Below are positions 18,228 through 28,700 of a stretch of 49,421 nucleotides of DNA, in pieces. The first letter of the stretch is position 1. Every line of letters begins with the position of its first letter. A program made the translations under genes and the position numbers. The DNA comes from Spirochaetaceae bacterium (lineage in GTDB: Bacteria; Spirochaetota; Spirochaetia; DSM-27196; SKKC01), in the NCBI GenBank assembly GCA_003554375.1, contig PWGF01000107.1, positions 1 through 49,421 of the forward strand. The letters are read 5' to 3'. Under the pieces are notes generated by a model, which saw only the letters and a list, made by a program, of their open reading frames with translations, had not been told where the DNA came from and did no database searches.

Positions 18228-18522
18228 ACCAGCACGTGGGTGTCTCCGGCCGGAGCGGTCTTGGCCGCTTTGGTGTCTTTATGGCGTGTGTGATCCGTGC
18301 CATGCGGTTATCTTTCCCGGATTCACGACTTTCGAGTTGGCTCGAGACACTATCTCCTATCCTGTGCGTCGGTTCTACGCTCCCGGACACCACAGCGATT
18401 GCAGGTGCGAATACGTGAAACGATTCTTGCGGAACGTGATTCTTCCTCTAAGCTTGACAGGATGGTATCCGTGATGCACGGTAGATCATCAGTTGAGTGT
18501 CACGAACAAGGAGGATACCACA

Positions 18523-19053
18523 ATGAACGGCACAAAAATCGCCCTGATTGTCGCTGCTGTTGCGCTCGTGCTATCGATCGTAGCGATCATAGTTGCTGCC
18601 ACGGCTGATCCGGGTCCGGCTGAAGCGGAATGGCCGGTATGGGAGCTGGCGGACGGTGACTACCGTGGCCACTTCGATGACCGGGAGCACAACGTAAGCC
18701 TTCAGATCACCATCGAAAACGAGGAGATCGTGGCGGCAAGTGTTCGGTATCAGCAGTATGACGGCATCGTGTACGAGGACAATCCGAACGTTCCCGACGA
18801 CTATTTTTTCACCGCGGAGCAGATTGAAGGAATGGCCCGGCAGTACGAGGAAGCGCTCGATTACCTGATCGGCGCAACCGGTCGTGATGAGATCATCGAG
18901 CGGCTCCAACACATGGAGGGCACTCCGGAAGGTACGCCCGTGCTCGACGCTATCCAAACGGAAGTGGACGGCGTATCCGGCGCTACTATTCGATCCAGCA
19001 AGCTCGGGTCCGCCGTACGCGACGCGTTCAACCGCGGCCGCTACCGGGAGTAA
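18523..19053 (+). CDS. Membrane-anchored FMN-binding-domain protein
   Basis: ATG preceded by AAGGAGGA. N-terminal TM (IALIVAAVALVLSIVAIIVAA). C-terminal VDGVSGATIRSSKL is the FMN_bind flavinylation-type motif. Confidence 0.7.
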   Translation: MNGTKIALIVAAVALVLSIVAIIVAATADPGPAEAEWPVWELADGDYRGHFDDREHNVSLQITIENEEIVAASVRYQQYDGIVYEDNPNVPDDYFFTAEQIEGMARQYEEALDYLIGATGRDEIIERLQHMEGTPEGTPVLDAIQTEVDGVSGATIRSSKLGSAVRDAFNRGRYRE

Positions 19054-19197
19054 GCCCCCTTTTCCCTCTCAGGAGGCGGGCAGGTCGGATCGGTGTTTCA
19101 AGCCGGCCCGGCCTGCCTTGATAGCAGCCGAGATTCAATCCCGTCGGCGGAGCGTCTCAGCGGTCTCCGCCTCCCCTATTGTTCCCCTATCGGACGT

Positions 19198-20625
19198 TCA
19201 GAAATGCCACTTCGCCGAGAGAAAGAGCTGCGGCCGGCCGATATCGATCTGTGCGCTCTTAGCCGAATTGGGGTCGAGCGGTAGATCGAACCGTCCGTCG
19301 AACTCGCTCCCGTCCGGGCCCAGCAGGAGCGACGCGCCGAAGCCGAGCTCCAGGTCGGGGAGCGCTGCGTATTGGACTTCGGGGATGAGGGTCACACTTC
19401 CGTCGTTCAGGTTCACGAGCGAGGCGAGAACCGTGTGAACCGTGTCATCGAGTAGATAATAGTCTGCGATTCCCACCAGGTAGTCGCGAGCGGCCAGACG
19501 GCCTGCGATCCGCGCCTGTGGGTCGTAGTCGGCGGGATCGGAAGCGCCTCTGCCGCCGCGGTGATACTCCACTTGGAGTCCGAGCCCGAAGGGCATCTCG
19601 TAGTGAAATCCGATTGCACCGTCGATGGAGCGCTCGAGTTTCCACTCCTCCTCGGGGGTGATCTCGACTGCGGCCTCAGCGTAGGCAGTCACCGGCCCGA
19701 GGGGTCCGGCAACTTCGCCCACTGCATAGTCACGCGCGGCAGGCGTGAAGTCACCGGCGTCCGCTCCGGGCCCGGCGTCCAGGGCGCGGATGAAGCCGGC
19801 GGCGAGGTCCCACATACCGGCAAACGCACGAACGCGGACACCGAACGGTAGATTTCTCGCCTCCGCAAGGCCCGAAAGGGCAGTGGCGCGCCGCGACCGG
19901 TCCTCAAAAGCCACGTAACCCTCGAGGCCGAAGCCGGTGCCGATCGAAATACCTGGCGCGATCGCGGTCAGTCCGGGTGGCTCCACGCCGGTGAGCTCGG
20001 CCAAGCTCGCGGGATTCATCAGCTCGGTCGGGTTGAATGCGTACGCGGTGCCCCAAGCGATCGGCTGACGTCCCGCGCGGAGATCGAGCGGACCGAGTCG
20101 TGCTGAAGCGTACGCATAGTCCACGACGAGCTCCCGGTTGAAGTCGGTCCCCGGGAAGCTCGCTTGATCCTGCTCAACGAGTGCCGGAGCACCAATGAGG
20201 CTCTGCCGCGTCAATGAATTGGCCGCCCCCCGCCGGTCGCGGTACTCGGCTTCAACAGTGATGGTTAGGGCGTTCGCCGGGTAGAATTGTCCACGTAACC
20301 GGAGGATACTCTGAAGGCCGAAGTGCGGCTCTCCGTCGAAGCCGCGCGGGAGGAGCGTCAGGCCGGTCGACTCGAAATAGCCGGAGATCTCCCCTCCGTC
20401 CCCGGTGTCATTCCAGTCGCCCCAGTCATCGTCTCCCCATGCGTTTTCGTCCTGGTCGTCGTTCCAGTCGTCATCCCAGCCGAACTCGGCCTCGGTCCTC
20501 TCGTTTTGCTGATCGTCCAGATAGTTCGATTCTCCGGCGCCGAGCGGTGCTGCAAGGAGAACCGCCAGCAGTGCGGAAGCCGGTAACCGGCGTCGTATCT
20601 GCGTCAGAAGTCGTTCGTCGTTCAT
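19198..20625 (-). CDS. Outer-membrane beta-barrel protein (DUF1302-like/porin-like), hypothetical
   Basis: Signal peptide (LPASALLAVLLAAPLGAG), alternating beta-strand pattern, and a terminal ...LFLSAKWHF with C-terminal Phe, typical of OMPs. Acidic Asp/Trp-rich N-terminal segment. Confidence 0.7.
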   Translation of the reverse strand: MNDERLLTQIRRRLPASALLAVLLAAPLGAGESNYLDDQQNERTEAEFGWDDDWNDDQDENAWGDDDWGDWNDTGDGGEISGYFESTGLTLLPRGFDGEPHFGLQSILRLRGQFYPANALTITVEAEYRDRRGAANSLTRQSLIGAPALVEQDQASFPGTDFNRELVVDYAYASARLGPLDLRAGRQPIAWGTAYAFNPTELMNPASLAELTGVEPPGLTAIAPGISIGTGFGLEGYVAFEDRSRRATALSGLAEARNLPFGVRVRAFAGMWDLAAGFIRALDAGPGADAGDFTPAARDYAVGEVAGPLGPVTAYAEAAVEITPEEEWKLERSIDGAIGFHYEMPFGLGLQVEYHRGGRGASDPADYDPQARIAGRLAARDYLVGIADYYLLDDTVHTVLASLVNLNDGSVTLIPEVQYAALPDLELGFGASLLLGPDGSEFDGRFDLPLDPNSAKSAQIDIGRPQLFLSAKWHF

Positions 20626-20767
20626 CTCCTATCTCCCTTGTCGGTAGTGCACCGGCGGCGGTAGCGGCGGGAGCCGGCGGACGTCCGCCACTCGGGTGGC
20701 CGCAGGCGTGCCTGCGGCCCTGCGGGTCCTCGCCGCCACCCGCCGCCACATGCCGTCACATGCCGTT

Positions 20768-21538
20768 TCACCGGTGGAATCGGTTCGGGTCGAACAGGTC
20801 GTCGTCGAGTGGCACGTCCCATTCGACGTCCTGCATACGAATCGCCGTACGGCTGTTGTCGGCGAAGTTGTGCATGGTCAGCTCGGTTGCCACGTAGCGA
20901 CCGGCGATGTTCTGGATTCCGCCGGCGTCGAGCCGTTTTACCTGCGTTCGGTTCTCGTAATAGTCGATGCGTACGGGCACGTATCGTTCTTTATCGATGT
21001 GGAATACGAGTCTGCTGTACTGGCTGTCCTCGTCTGACGGAGCTCCCGAGATGACCCATCTGCCGGCGCTGTCGTCTTCCATCTCGAAGTCACCGTAGTC
21101 GGTTGCGAAGCCGGCGCCGCCCATGTCCTCGTAGGTGAAGTCGCCGCCGACGCCGCCCACGGATCCGCCGCGGGCGGTGCCGCTGATGTTCCGGACTCGC
21201 CCGGTCGATGGGAAGAAGACGCGTATGGCGCCGTCGAGATCGAGTACGCGCAGTCCGCGTATGCTTCTGGGACTGACAAACTCGATGAGCGATTCGTCGG
21301 CTCCGCGCCCGTAGGAGAGCATGCGAATCTCTCGATCGTAGTCGCCGGCGCCGGCACCGGCATCATTGAAGATGCGCATGATCATTCGCGCGCGGGAGCT
21401 TTCCGGACCACGTTGCTCGTCGACACGCTGCATTATCTGCCCGGGTGACTCCGGCGTGGCACCTGCGGTAACTGCCATCAGAAGAAGGATTAGAAGCCCG
21501 ATCGCCGATTTGCCCCTCTTCGCACTGTGCCTTTTCAT
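20768..21538 (-). CDS. LolA-like outer-membrane lipoprotein-sorting family protein
   Basis: ATG at 21538 preceded by AGGAGGA. Signal peptide (SAIGLLILLLMAVTAGA). Features match the LolA_like family usually paired with COG1033 RND exporters: IMQRVDEQ..., MRIF, YVPVRIDYY, and a trailing LFDPNRF. Confidence 0.7.
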   Translation of the reverse strand: MKRHSAKRGKSAIGLLILLLMAVTAGATPESPGQIMQRVDEQRGPESSRARMIMRIFNDAGAGAGDYDREIRMLSYGRGADESLIEFVSPRSIRGLRVLDLDGAIRVFFPSTGRVRNISGTARGGSVGGVGGDFTYEDMGGAGFATDYGDFEMEDDSAGRWVISGAPSDEDSQYSRLVFHIDKERYVPVRIDYYENRTQVKRLDAGGIQNIAGRYVATELTMHNFADNSRTAIRMQDVEWDVPLDDDLFDPNRFHR

Positions 21539-21644
21539 ACAGTCCTCCTGTGTATGCGCCCCGCGACCGCTGCCGTGTCCCGGGGCGCGTGGTATTCCCG
21601 GCCAGCTTTCACGGGCGGCCGGGCGCCCGTATACTCCGTTCCGG

Positions 21645-24536
21645 TCAGCCTCCGTTTCGCGACTCATGCTGCGGCGGCCTCCGAAGGCCGAGGAACGCCG
21701 GGAGGCCGACAACTGTGGCAACGAGGCACGCGGCGATACCGACGAACAGCAGGGTGCCGAGCGCGGCGACGGCGCCGACCTCGCCCATGAGCGCAAGAGA
21801 GCCGAAGCCCAGCATCGTCGTCACCGACGAGAGCAATACCGCCTTTCCGGTGTATCGTAGAGTCGATACGATGTTGCCTCCCTCGTGCTCGTAGCGGTGG
21901 AGGATGTGCATCGCGAAGTCGGTCCCGATACCGATCAAGAGCGGGAATACAACCGCCACGAACGCTATCAACGGCATGCCGAGTAGCGGGAGTATCCCGA
22001 AGGTCCAGACAATCGCCACTGCCACCGAACCGAACGCCAGCAGGACATGGCCGGGCCTCCGGAAGATCGCAATCATGACCAAGAAGACCACCAGAGCCGC
22101 CCATGCAGCCGCCTCGGAGCCGTCGGTGAACAAGTCGTCGACGAGAGCTACATAGAGCGGGACGCTTCCGGTTACGCCGGGGTCGACCTCACGGAGCTGG
22201 CTGTGATAGGCGAGTAGGATTTCGTCGCAGTCGTGGGTAGCGGCGACCGGAACAATGGTCGTCAGGAAGCTGTCACCTGCATCGGACACGAAGTTCGCCC
22301 GAATGCTCTGCGGAATGTCGTCGACCGTCGGCGCGCGATCGACTTGCATCCGCGCTTGCTGTTCCTGCATCGCCGAGGCGAACGCTGCGTCGAGCCTGGC
22401 GAGCCGCTCGGCGCTTGCCTCGGGGTCCGCCGTGATCGCCTCGATTGCGTTCTGGAATACTTCGCGGCCCGGTTCGCCCACCTCTGCCCCGATAATCTCG
22501 CGGATCATGGCGTCGCGGCGGCGCACGACCCGGTTGTTCTCGCCGAGACCGGCAACGGCAAGGTCGCCGAGCTCGATCACATTCCATTCGAGGCGTTGGA
22601 TCTCATCGGCAAGCTGCTGGACATCCTCCGCGGTACGCTCCGGCAAGGCATCGGCGCCAGTACCGGCCGGGTGGGTGTTGTCCGCATCGCCGCCGCCGTC
22701 GTTGCCACTGCCCGTCTCGGTACCACCGGTGTCGGGGCCGGTGGCTGCGATCGTTGCCAGCCGTTCGTCGATCTCGTCTTCAGGCGGCAGTAGATCGGAT
22801 ATAGTTGCGACGCGGGAGACGAGGCTCTGCCGCCGCAGGGCCCCGGCCGTTTCGCGCGCCGCCTCGACTGAATCGGCGGTCGTGAGCGCCGTGAACGGGG
22901 AGACCTCCATGCGGTCCATGATGCGCCGCTGCGTGTCGACCGCGGGCCCGGTCGACGGCCCCATGTTCAGCATGTCGTAGTCAATTCTGTTGCCGGGGAG
23001 AAGCGTAGCGCCGATCACCGTTAGGACTACGATCACGATGACTGCGGCGAGACGGTGGCGTGAAAGTGCCGAGCCGATCGCTGCGAGAAATCCGTAGTTG
23101 ATCAGAAAGCGGCGCCGGAACGACCTCACATCGTGCTTGCTTCCAAAACTCAAGATGAGCGCCGGCAACAGGATCATCGTGGCTGCGAGCGTCAGAACTA
23201 CACCGAGGCCGGCGATTACGCCGAATTCGGCTACCGCCGGCATTCGAGCGACCGAGAGCGTGAAGAAAGCGGCGGCGGTCGTTATGCCGCCGAGCATGAT
23301 TGGGGTGCCGCCGGCGTGCATTACCTTGCGGATGGCCGTGGGCGGATCGAGTCCCTGTTCGCGGAAGTCGTCGTAGTTGCTTACGAGATGAATGCCGAAA
23401 TCTATGCCGAGGCCGATGAGAATCACCACGAAAGCCGAGGTAATGAAGGTCAGGTGGCCGACGGTCAAGGCGATTCCGCCGGCGGTGAGCAGAATGCCGA
23501 CTATGAGCGTGAGAATCGCGAAGAAGATGTTCCGAAAACGAGCGAACGATACCGCGAAAAGCGCCACGATGAGCAGGAGCGCCACGAACGCGGGAACGAG
23601 CATGTCGGCGCTAGCCGCGTCCTGCTCGTCCTGGTTCTGCGCGATCTCGCCGCCGATTCCTACGCGTACCCCGTCGATTTCCTCCTCGATCGCACCTGCG
23701 ACTTCGCGCAGCCCGTAGACCGATTCGCGGGTTGCGTCGAGATCGTCGAGCGGGAAGTTCGGCTGAATGGAGAATGTGAGCATATCGTCGTCCGGCGACC
23801 ACCGGTACAAATCGCCGGCGAAGAATGTGCGGACAAGGGCGCCGGCCTGGGCTGCCGCCGGATTGCCTACTGTCTCAGTCCGCTCGTTTCCTGCACGTTG
23901 GTTCGCGGTATGCTCCCCGGAAAATGCCGCGGCAACCTTGGGCGGGAGATCTCCACCGGACACCGATGCGCCGGCCGCACGAGTGAACAGCTCGATCCCG
24001 GCAAGCGCCTGTGCGCCGTCCCATTCGTCTTGATTGGTCGCGAACTGGTCGTCGTCTTCCAGTACGACATCCTCGTACATGTCGTTCAACGCCGTCAGAA
24101 ATCCTTGTAACGACCGTTGCTCGAGCAACCTTTGGGAATCCTCGATGTCGCCGACGTCCTCGGCGAGCATCAGCCCCCATTCGAGTCCGTAGTCCGGGTC
24201 GACCGTGAGATCGATGGCGCGGACATGCCTCATGATATCGTCGCGATTCTCGATGCGATCGACGGCGCGATGCGCCGCCTCCATCATCGACTCGCGATTC
24301 GGGCCCTCGACGGCAACGATGAGGGAGCCGGTCGATCCGAACGCCTCGGTAATCTCGCCGAAGCGCTGTGCCGCGGGATTGTCCTCTCCGAGCATTTCGT
24401 CGGTGCTGGTAATCACGCTGATGTTGCTGCTGAGGATGAGGCTTCCGATCGTCAGGAGGCCGAATATCACAAACACCGCCTTGCGGTGGTGAATCGCGAT
24501 GTCCGCCAGCTTGTTTGCTACTCTGTCGCGTATCAT
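21645..24536 (-). CDS. RND-superfamily exporter (COG1033/MMPL-HpnN-like)
   Basis: 963 aa with two 6-TM bundles (GIDFGIHLVSNY and GIGTDFAMHILHRY) and two large soluble loops. ATG at 24536 preceded by AAGGAG. Confidence 0.88.
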   Translation of the reverse strand: MIRDRVANKLADIAIHHRKAVFVIFGLLTIGSLILSSNISVITSTDEMLGEDNPAAQRFGEITEAFGSTGSLIVAVEGPNRESMMEAAHRAVDRIENRDDIMRHVRAIDLTVDPDYGLEWGLMLAEDVGDIEDSQRLLEQRSLQGFLTALNDMYEDVVLEDDDQFATNQDEWDGAQALAGIELFTRAAGASVSGGDLPPKVAAAFSGEHTANQRAGNERTETVGNPAAAQAGALVRTFFAGDLYRWSPDDDMLTFSIQPNFPLDDLDATRESVYGLREVAGAIEEEIDGVRVGIGGEIAQNQDEQDAASADMLVPAFVALLLIVALFAVSFARFRNIFFAILTLIVGILLTAGGIALTVGHLTFITSAFVVILIGLGIDFGIHLVSNYDDFREQGLDPPTAIRKVMHAGGTPIMLGGITTAAAFFTLSVARMPAVAEFGVIAGLGVVLTLAATMILLPALILSFGSKHDVRSFRRRFLINYGFLAAIGSALSRHRLAAVIVIVVLTVIGATLLPGNRIDYDMLNMGPSTGPAVDTQRRIMDRMEVSPFTALTTADSVEAARETAGALRRQSLVSRVATISDLLPPEDEIDERLATIAATGPDTGGTETGSGNDGGGDADNTHPAGTGADALPERTAEDVQQLADEIQRLEWNVIELGDLAVAGLGENNRVVRRRDAMIREIIGAEVGEPGREVFQNAIEAITADPEASAERLARLDAAFASAMQEQQARMQVDRAPTVDDIPQSIRANFVSDAGDSFLTTIVPVAATHDCDEILLAYHSQLREVDPGVTGSVPLYVALVDDLFTDGSEAAAWAALVVFLVMIAIFRRPGHVLLAFGSVAVAIVWTFGILPLLGMPLIAFVAVVFPLLIGIGTDFAMHILHRYEHEGGNIVSTLRYTGKAVLLSSVTTMLGFGSLALMGEVGAVAALGTLLFVGIAACLVATVVGLPAFLGLRRPPQHESRNGG

Positions 24537-24559
24537 ACGCCGCTCCTTACTATACATTG

Positions 24560-24575
24560 TGTTGTTGAAACAACA
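24560..24575. promoter_or_regulatory. Perfect 16-bp palindrome, candidate TetR operator
   Basis: TGTTGTT-GA-AACAACA lies in the divergent region between the RND exporter gene and the TetR gene. Confidence 0.45.
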
Positions 24576-24839
24576 GAATGTTGGATGAATGTAGTCTGCA
24601 CCCTCCGAGCGTGCAGCGCAAACGACAGATCGGCCGCGAATGTAGCTGAACCAACAATCCGCCGGATCCTGTGTACGGCACATTGGGTGACTCGTGGCAC
24701 AATCGCGTGCTTCCTACCCCGGAGCGGAGTACGACGCTTGTATTGCAACGTTATGTTGGATAAGCTACGATGTGTTAGACGTGGATTGAAACGAGAATGG
24801 CGTGAGGTGTGGGCTCCAGGGCGTGCCCCGCCGTACGGG

Positions 24840-25523
24840 ATGAACAGGGGGACACGGATGACGACGACGGAAGGAACCGGTGGCCGCGACCGCGACCATC
24901 AGGATTTGCGGATACGCAAGACCAGGAAGGCGTTATGGGACGCCCTTATCGATCTCGTCGTGGAGAAAGGCCTACACGCAATTACCATCACGGACCTTAC
25001 CCGCCGGGCAATGGTCAACCGGTCGACCTTCTACGCGCACTTCGAAGACAAGGAAGACCTGCTGAATCAAGGCATATCCGACCGCCTCAACGACCTGCTC
25101 GCTGAGGCACCGCCGCCGCCAAGCGACACCGCGGCAGTCGATCTCGACGAGCCGCATCCCGCGGCAGTCCGGTTCTTCGAGCACGTCCGGGAAAACGAGC
25201 GGTTCTATCGCGCGATGATTACCGAAGGGCGGCTTGCGGAATTTCTTCAGCGCTTTGAGGAAAACGCGGCGTCACACGTCGCATCACGCCTGAGACAGGT
25301 AGACCAGACGCTGCACCCGACGGTCCCGGTCGACGCATTGGTGCACGTCGCCGTCGGGATCCAGGTCAGTCTGGCCCGGTGGTGGCTCGAGGGCGGCATG
25401 CAGCCCGGCCCCGACCGGATGGCACTGTACATGGCTCGCGTGTCCACCCTCGGCATCTATTCGTGTCTCGGTCTTCCCACCCCTGCCGAGCCGCGCGAGG
25501 AAGAATTTCCCGTGCCTGAATAG
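24840..25523 (+). CDS. TetR/AcrR-family transcriptional regulator
   Basis: RKTRKALWDALIDLVVEKGLHAITITDLTRRAMVNRSTFYAHFEDKEDLL is a TetR HTH. An alternative ATG lies at 24858. Divergent from the RND operon. Confidence 0.9.
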   Translation: MNRGTRMTTTEGTGGRDRDHQDLRIRKTRKALWDALIDLVVEKGLHAITITDLTRRAMVNRSTFYAHFEDKEDLLNQGISDRLNDLLAEAPPPPSDTAAVDLDEPHPAAVRFFEHVRENERFYRAMITEGRLAEFLQRFEENAASHVASRLRQVDQTLHPTVPVDALVHVAVGIQVSLARWWLEGGMQPGPDRMALYMARVSTLGIYSCLGLPTPAEPREEEFPVPE

Positions 25524-25726
25524 CTTGCACTGAGAGAGTGGGCGGTCCCGCCGCTTCTTGGCGCCGGCGAGAAGCCAAAGCGATGCGCCTCTCGGATCGG
25601 AAGCCGATAGGGCCGGTGTTGTGTCGAGTCGAGTGAGCGTTTCGGCCGGATCGTGTTGAGGGTGAGTTCGGCGACTCGGCCGGCAGCATGCGCCAAGTTC
25701 TGCGTGCGGAGTTGCTCAGATTCAGT

Positions 25727-28700
25727 TTAGCAAGAAGACGGCTCCAGCGGAAACTCCGTTCGGTACTCCGCATCCTGACCGGCGCCGGCTTGCTCGCCTG
25801 CGAACCATCGATACGGGATTCGCATCGGCGTACCCGCGTCGTTGCCGTAATGGAGCTCGCCGCGCAGGCCGTCGCCTAGATACGAGAGCCCTAGAATCCG
25901 GTTCATCCACTCCATCCAATTGCCTAACTCATCGAGGGGCGCATATCGAACTCGCACGGTCACCTGAGGGCTGGAAAACTTGGCGTGACCGACGAGCACG
26001 AGGTGATCCACCGCGCGCGTTGCCGCTACGTAGAAGAGGCGCTTCCGCTCCGCAAGCTGCTTATTGCGCGTACGCTTGCGGATGATCCGCTTCGCAAGCG
26101 TCGGTTCCGGCTCCCATTCGTTCTCCGGATTCGGCGCATCCAAACCGATCTCCAACGATTCGCGCCGCTCGATCCCCGACTCACCTATCCACGTTTCGTG
26201 CGGGATGTAGCCTGCATGCACTTTCTCCCGTGCTCCGAAGTTGAATCCGGCTCCCAGATCCGGCACGAACACCATCGGGAACTCCAGCCCTTTCGCCTGG
26301 TGTACCGTCATGATCTGCACGGCTCCGCCGAGGCCGATATCGATGTCCGCTTCTCCTTCCTCCTCGACATGATCGATTCGGTTCGAGAGCCAATCGGCGA
26401 ACTCGGTCACGCCGCCGTCGTCCTGCAGCATGATCCGCCGTGCGCTTTCGACGAGCTTCTCCACGTTGGACACGGCTTGGTCGCCCCGGTCTCCGCGCGC
26501 GAGGCTCGCGTAGTAGCCGCCCTCGTCCAGGACGAGTTGGAGAAACTCCGTAACGGGCATGCGTCCCGCAAGGTCCATCCACCGCTCGAGGTTCCCGGCC
26601 GCCTGAAGGAGTGCATCGCGGTCCTCCGGAGTAACCGTCGAGGCGAGCTCCGAAGCTGCTCCCGACTCCGCGTGGCGCCGGCGCTTCGCAAACGTTCGAA
26701 GCTTCTCCCAGAGGGAACGCCCTTCGAGCTGTTCGGCCAGCAGGAAGATCGCCTCGTCGGACACGTGCCCCGCCGGAGAACGGAGGAAGGCGACGAGCCG
26801 CCGGTCGTCCCACGGGTGCACCAGGAGGTCGAGAAGATTCCCCAAGTCGACAACTTCCTGGCGTTGATAGAACCCGCGCCCCCGGACGACCGTGAACTCG
26901 ATACGGCTTCGTCGAAGAGCCTCTTCGTAGGTCTTGATCATCGTGCGGCGGTTGAGAAGAATCGCGACGGCGGGCTTCCCCGCCCGCGCGTTCTCGCGCA
27001 CCCGGGCGTATCGCTCGTCCGTTCCGGAAAACACCTCCCGGATCTTCTCGGCTATGAGGATCGCCTCCCGGAAATGCGGGTCCGCCGGCGGCCCCGCCCG
27101 GGAGGCGCGTGTCTCCTCCGTGGTCGGCTCTGCGCCGCCCTGCCGCTCCGTTCCCACGCCGGCGTGCGCCCCGGGGGGCGCCGGCGCGTCGGCGTCCACG
27201 AGCAACAGCTCGACGCTGCCGCGCGCGCGGTTGCCCGAGCACCGCAGGAGCTGTGGCTTGGCGTCGTATTCCTCGTATACTTCCCGATGGAGGAGGTCTC
27301 GAAAGAACATGTTGATGAAGTTGACCGGAACCTCGGCGGAGCGGAAGTTGTCCGCGAACACGATCTCGCCGGCATGACTCATCTCGAGGTCGGATACGTA
27401 CCTCCGGCGCGCGTCCTCATACTCGCTATCGTGTTCGGCAGCAAGCGCGAACGCACGTTCATCATGACCTGCCGCTCGATTCGCGCGGATCAGCTCGTGT
27501 CGCACTCGTGAGAAGAGGGTCACATCGCCGCCTCGGAAGGAGTAGATCGCCTGCTTCTCGTCACCGACGACGAAGAGCTTCGGATCGGTGACCGCGCCAT
27601 TCGGGTCGGCGGCGATCCTCCGCACGATACGCCACTGAAGCTCGTTCGTATCCTGGAACTCGTCCACCATGATGAACTGAAAGCGATCCTGGAGCTCCCG
27701 CAGTACGTGCGCGTGGCGCTCCTCGCTCACCAACCGGTGAACCAGCAACTGGAGGTCTTGGAAATCGAGGTAGTTGGCCTCATCCTTGTCTTTGCGGTAT
27801 GCGCGCACGCAGTACTGCGCAACACGCGAAAGGGCCTGCAAGAGCGCGAATCCCTCCCTCTCATGCTCCGGGACGAGCTCGAACTCCTCCACGGGAAACG
27901 CCCGGACCACGTATCGGAGCCGGTACATCGCAGCTTTCATCCGCTCGAACGCGCCGGAGTGCCATACCTTCGGCTTCCGGTTCGGAATCCGTAGCTCGTG
28001 CTCGATAGCTTGTTTCGTTGATACAAGCCGATCCGCGTCCGGGGAGGTATCCGCGGCCCGGGCGCTCTGGGTATCGAGCTCGCGGACCAGCCTGAGCAAC
28101 GTGGCCCGCTTCTCTTCGAGCTTCGAGCCCTCGGCCTCGCTTCCGGGCGCCGCCGCCTCGAGCTCCTGCGCGCATACCCGGAGCTCTCCGCCGCAGTGGA
28201 GCTTGTACGCCATCTCGCGGATCATGCACGCGCGGTACGCCGGCAAGCGATCGCGATAGCAATCCCAGTCGAGCGCTCCGAACTCTTCGATCCACGCTCC
28301 GGTATCCTCCCGTCTGCGAATGACGGTGAAGAGGACGCCTGCGAGCGCGCTGCGCGAAAACTCGCTGCTGAGCAGCTGCAGGTCCGCATTCTGCTTGTCC
28401 GCGGCCAGCTCCCGAATCGAGCGGCTGATGCTTCGCCGCAGTACGAACATGCTGTCCGTCTCGTCGAGGATGCGAAAGTACGGATCCACTCCCGCTTCGA
28501 TCGGGTACTCGCGGAGCACGGCGGCACAGAAGGCATGGAACGTACTGACATAGTTCTGGAGAAACGTATCCTTGAGCCACTGGAAATGGCGCAGCCGTCG
28601 ATCCGCCGAGCGAGCTCCCGCGGTTGAGCCGCGCCCGTCCCCAGCCCGCTCGAGTTTCTCCTCGATTGCGCGGTAGATCCGCTCCTTCATCTCTACGGCG

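Noticed and set aside
19146-19171. GGCGGAG-N12-CTCCGCC hairpin between the convergent FMN-binding and OMP genes as a bidirectional terminator
   Set aside because: The stem is only 7 bp, the loop is 12 nt, and there is no flanking U/A tract. This is not enough support to call a terminator.
25985-27511. 508-aa plus-strand ORF and other ORFs overlapping addA
   Set aside because: They are antisense to a helicase gene carrying all UvrD motifs. The sequence is Arg-rich with no family resemblance.
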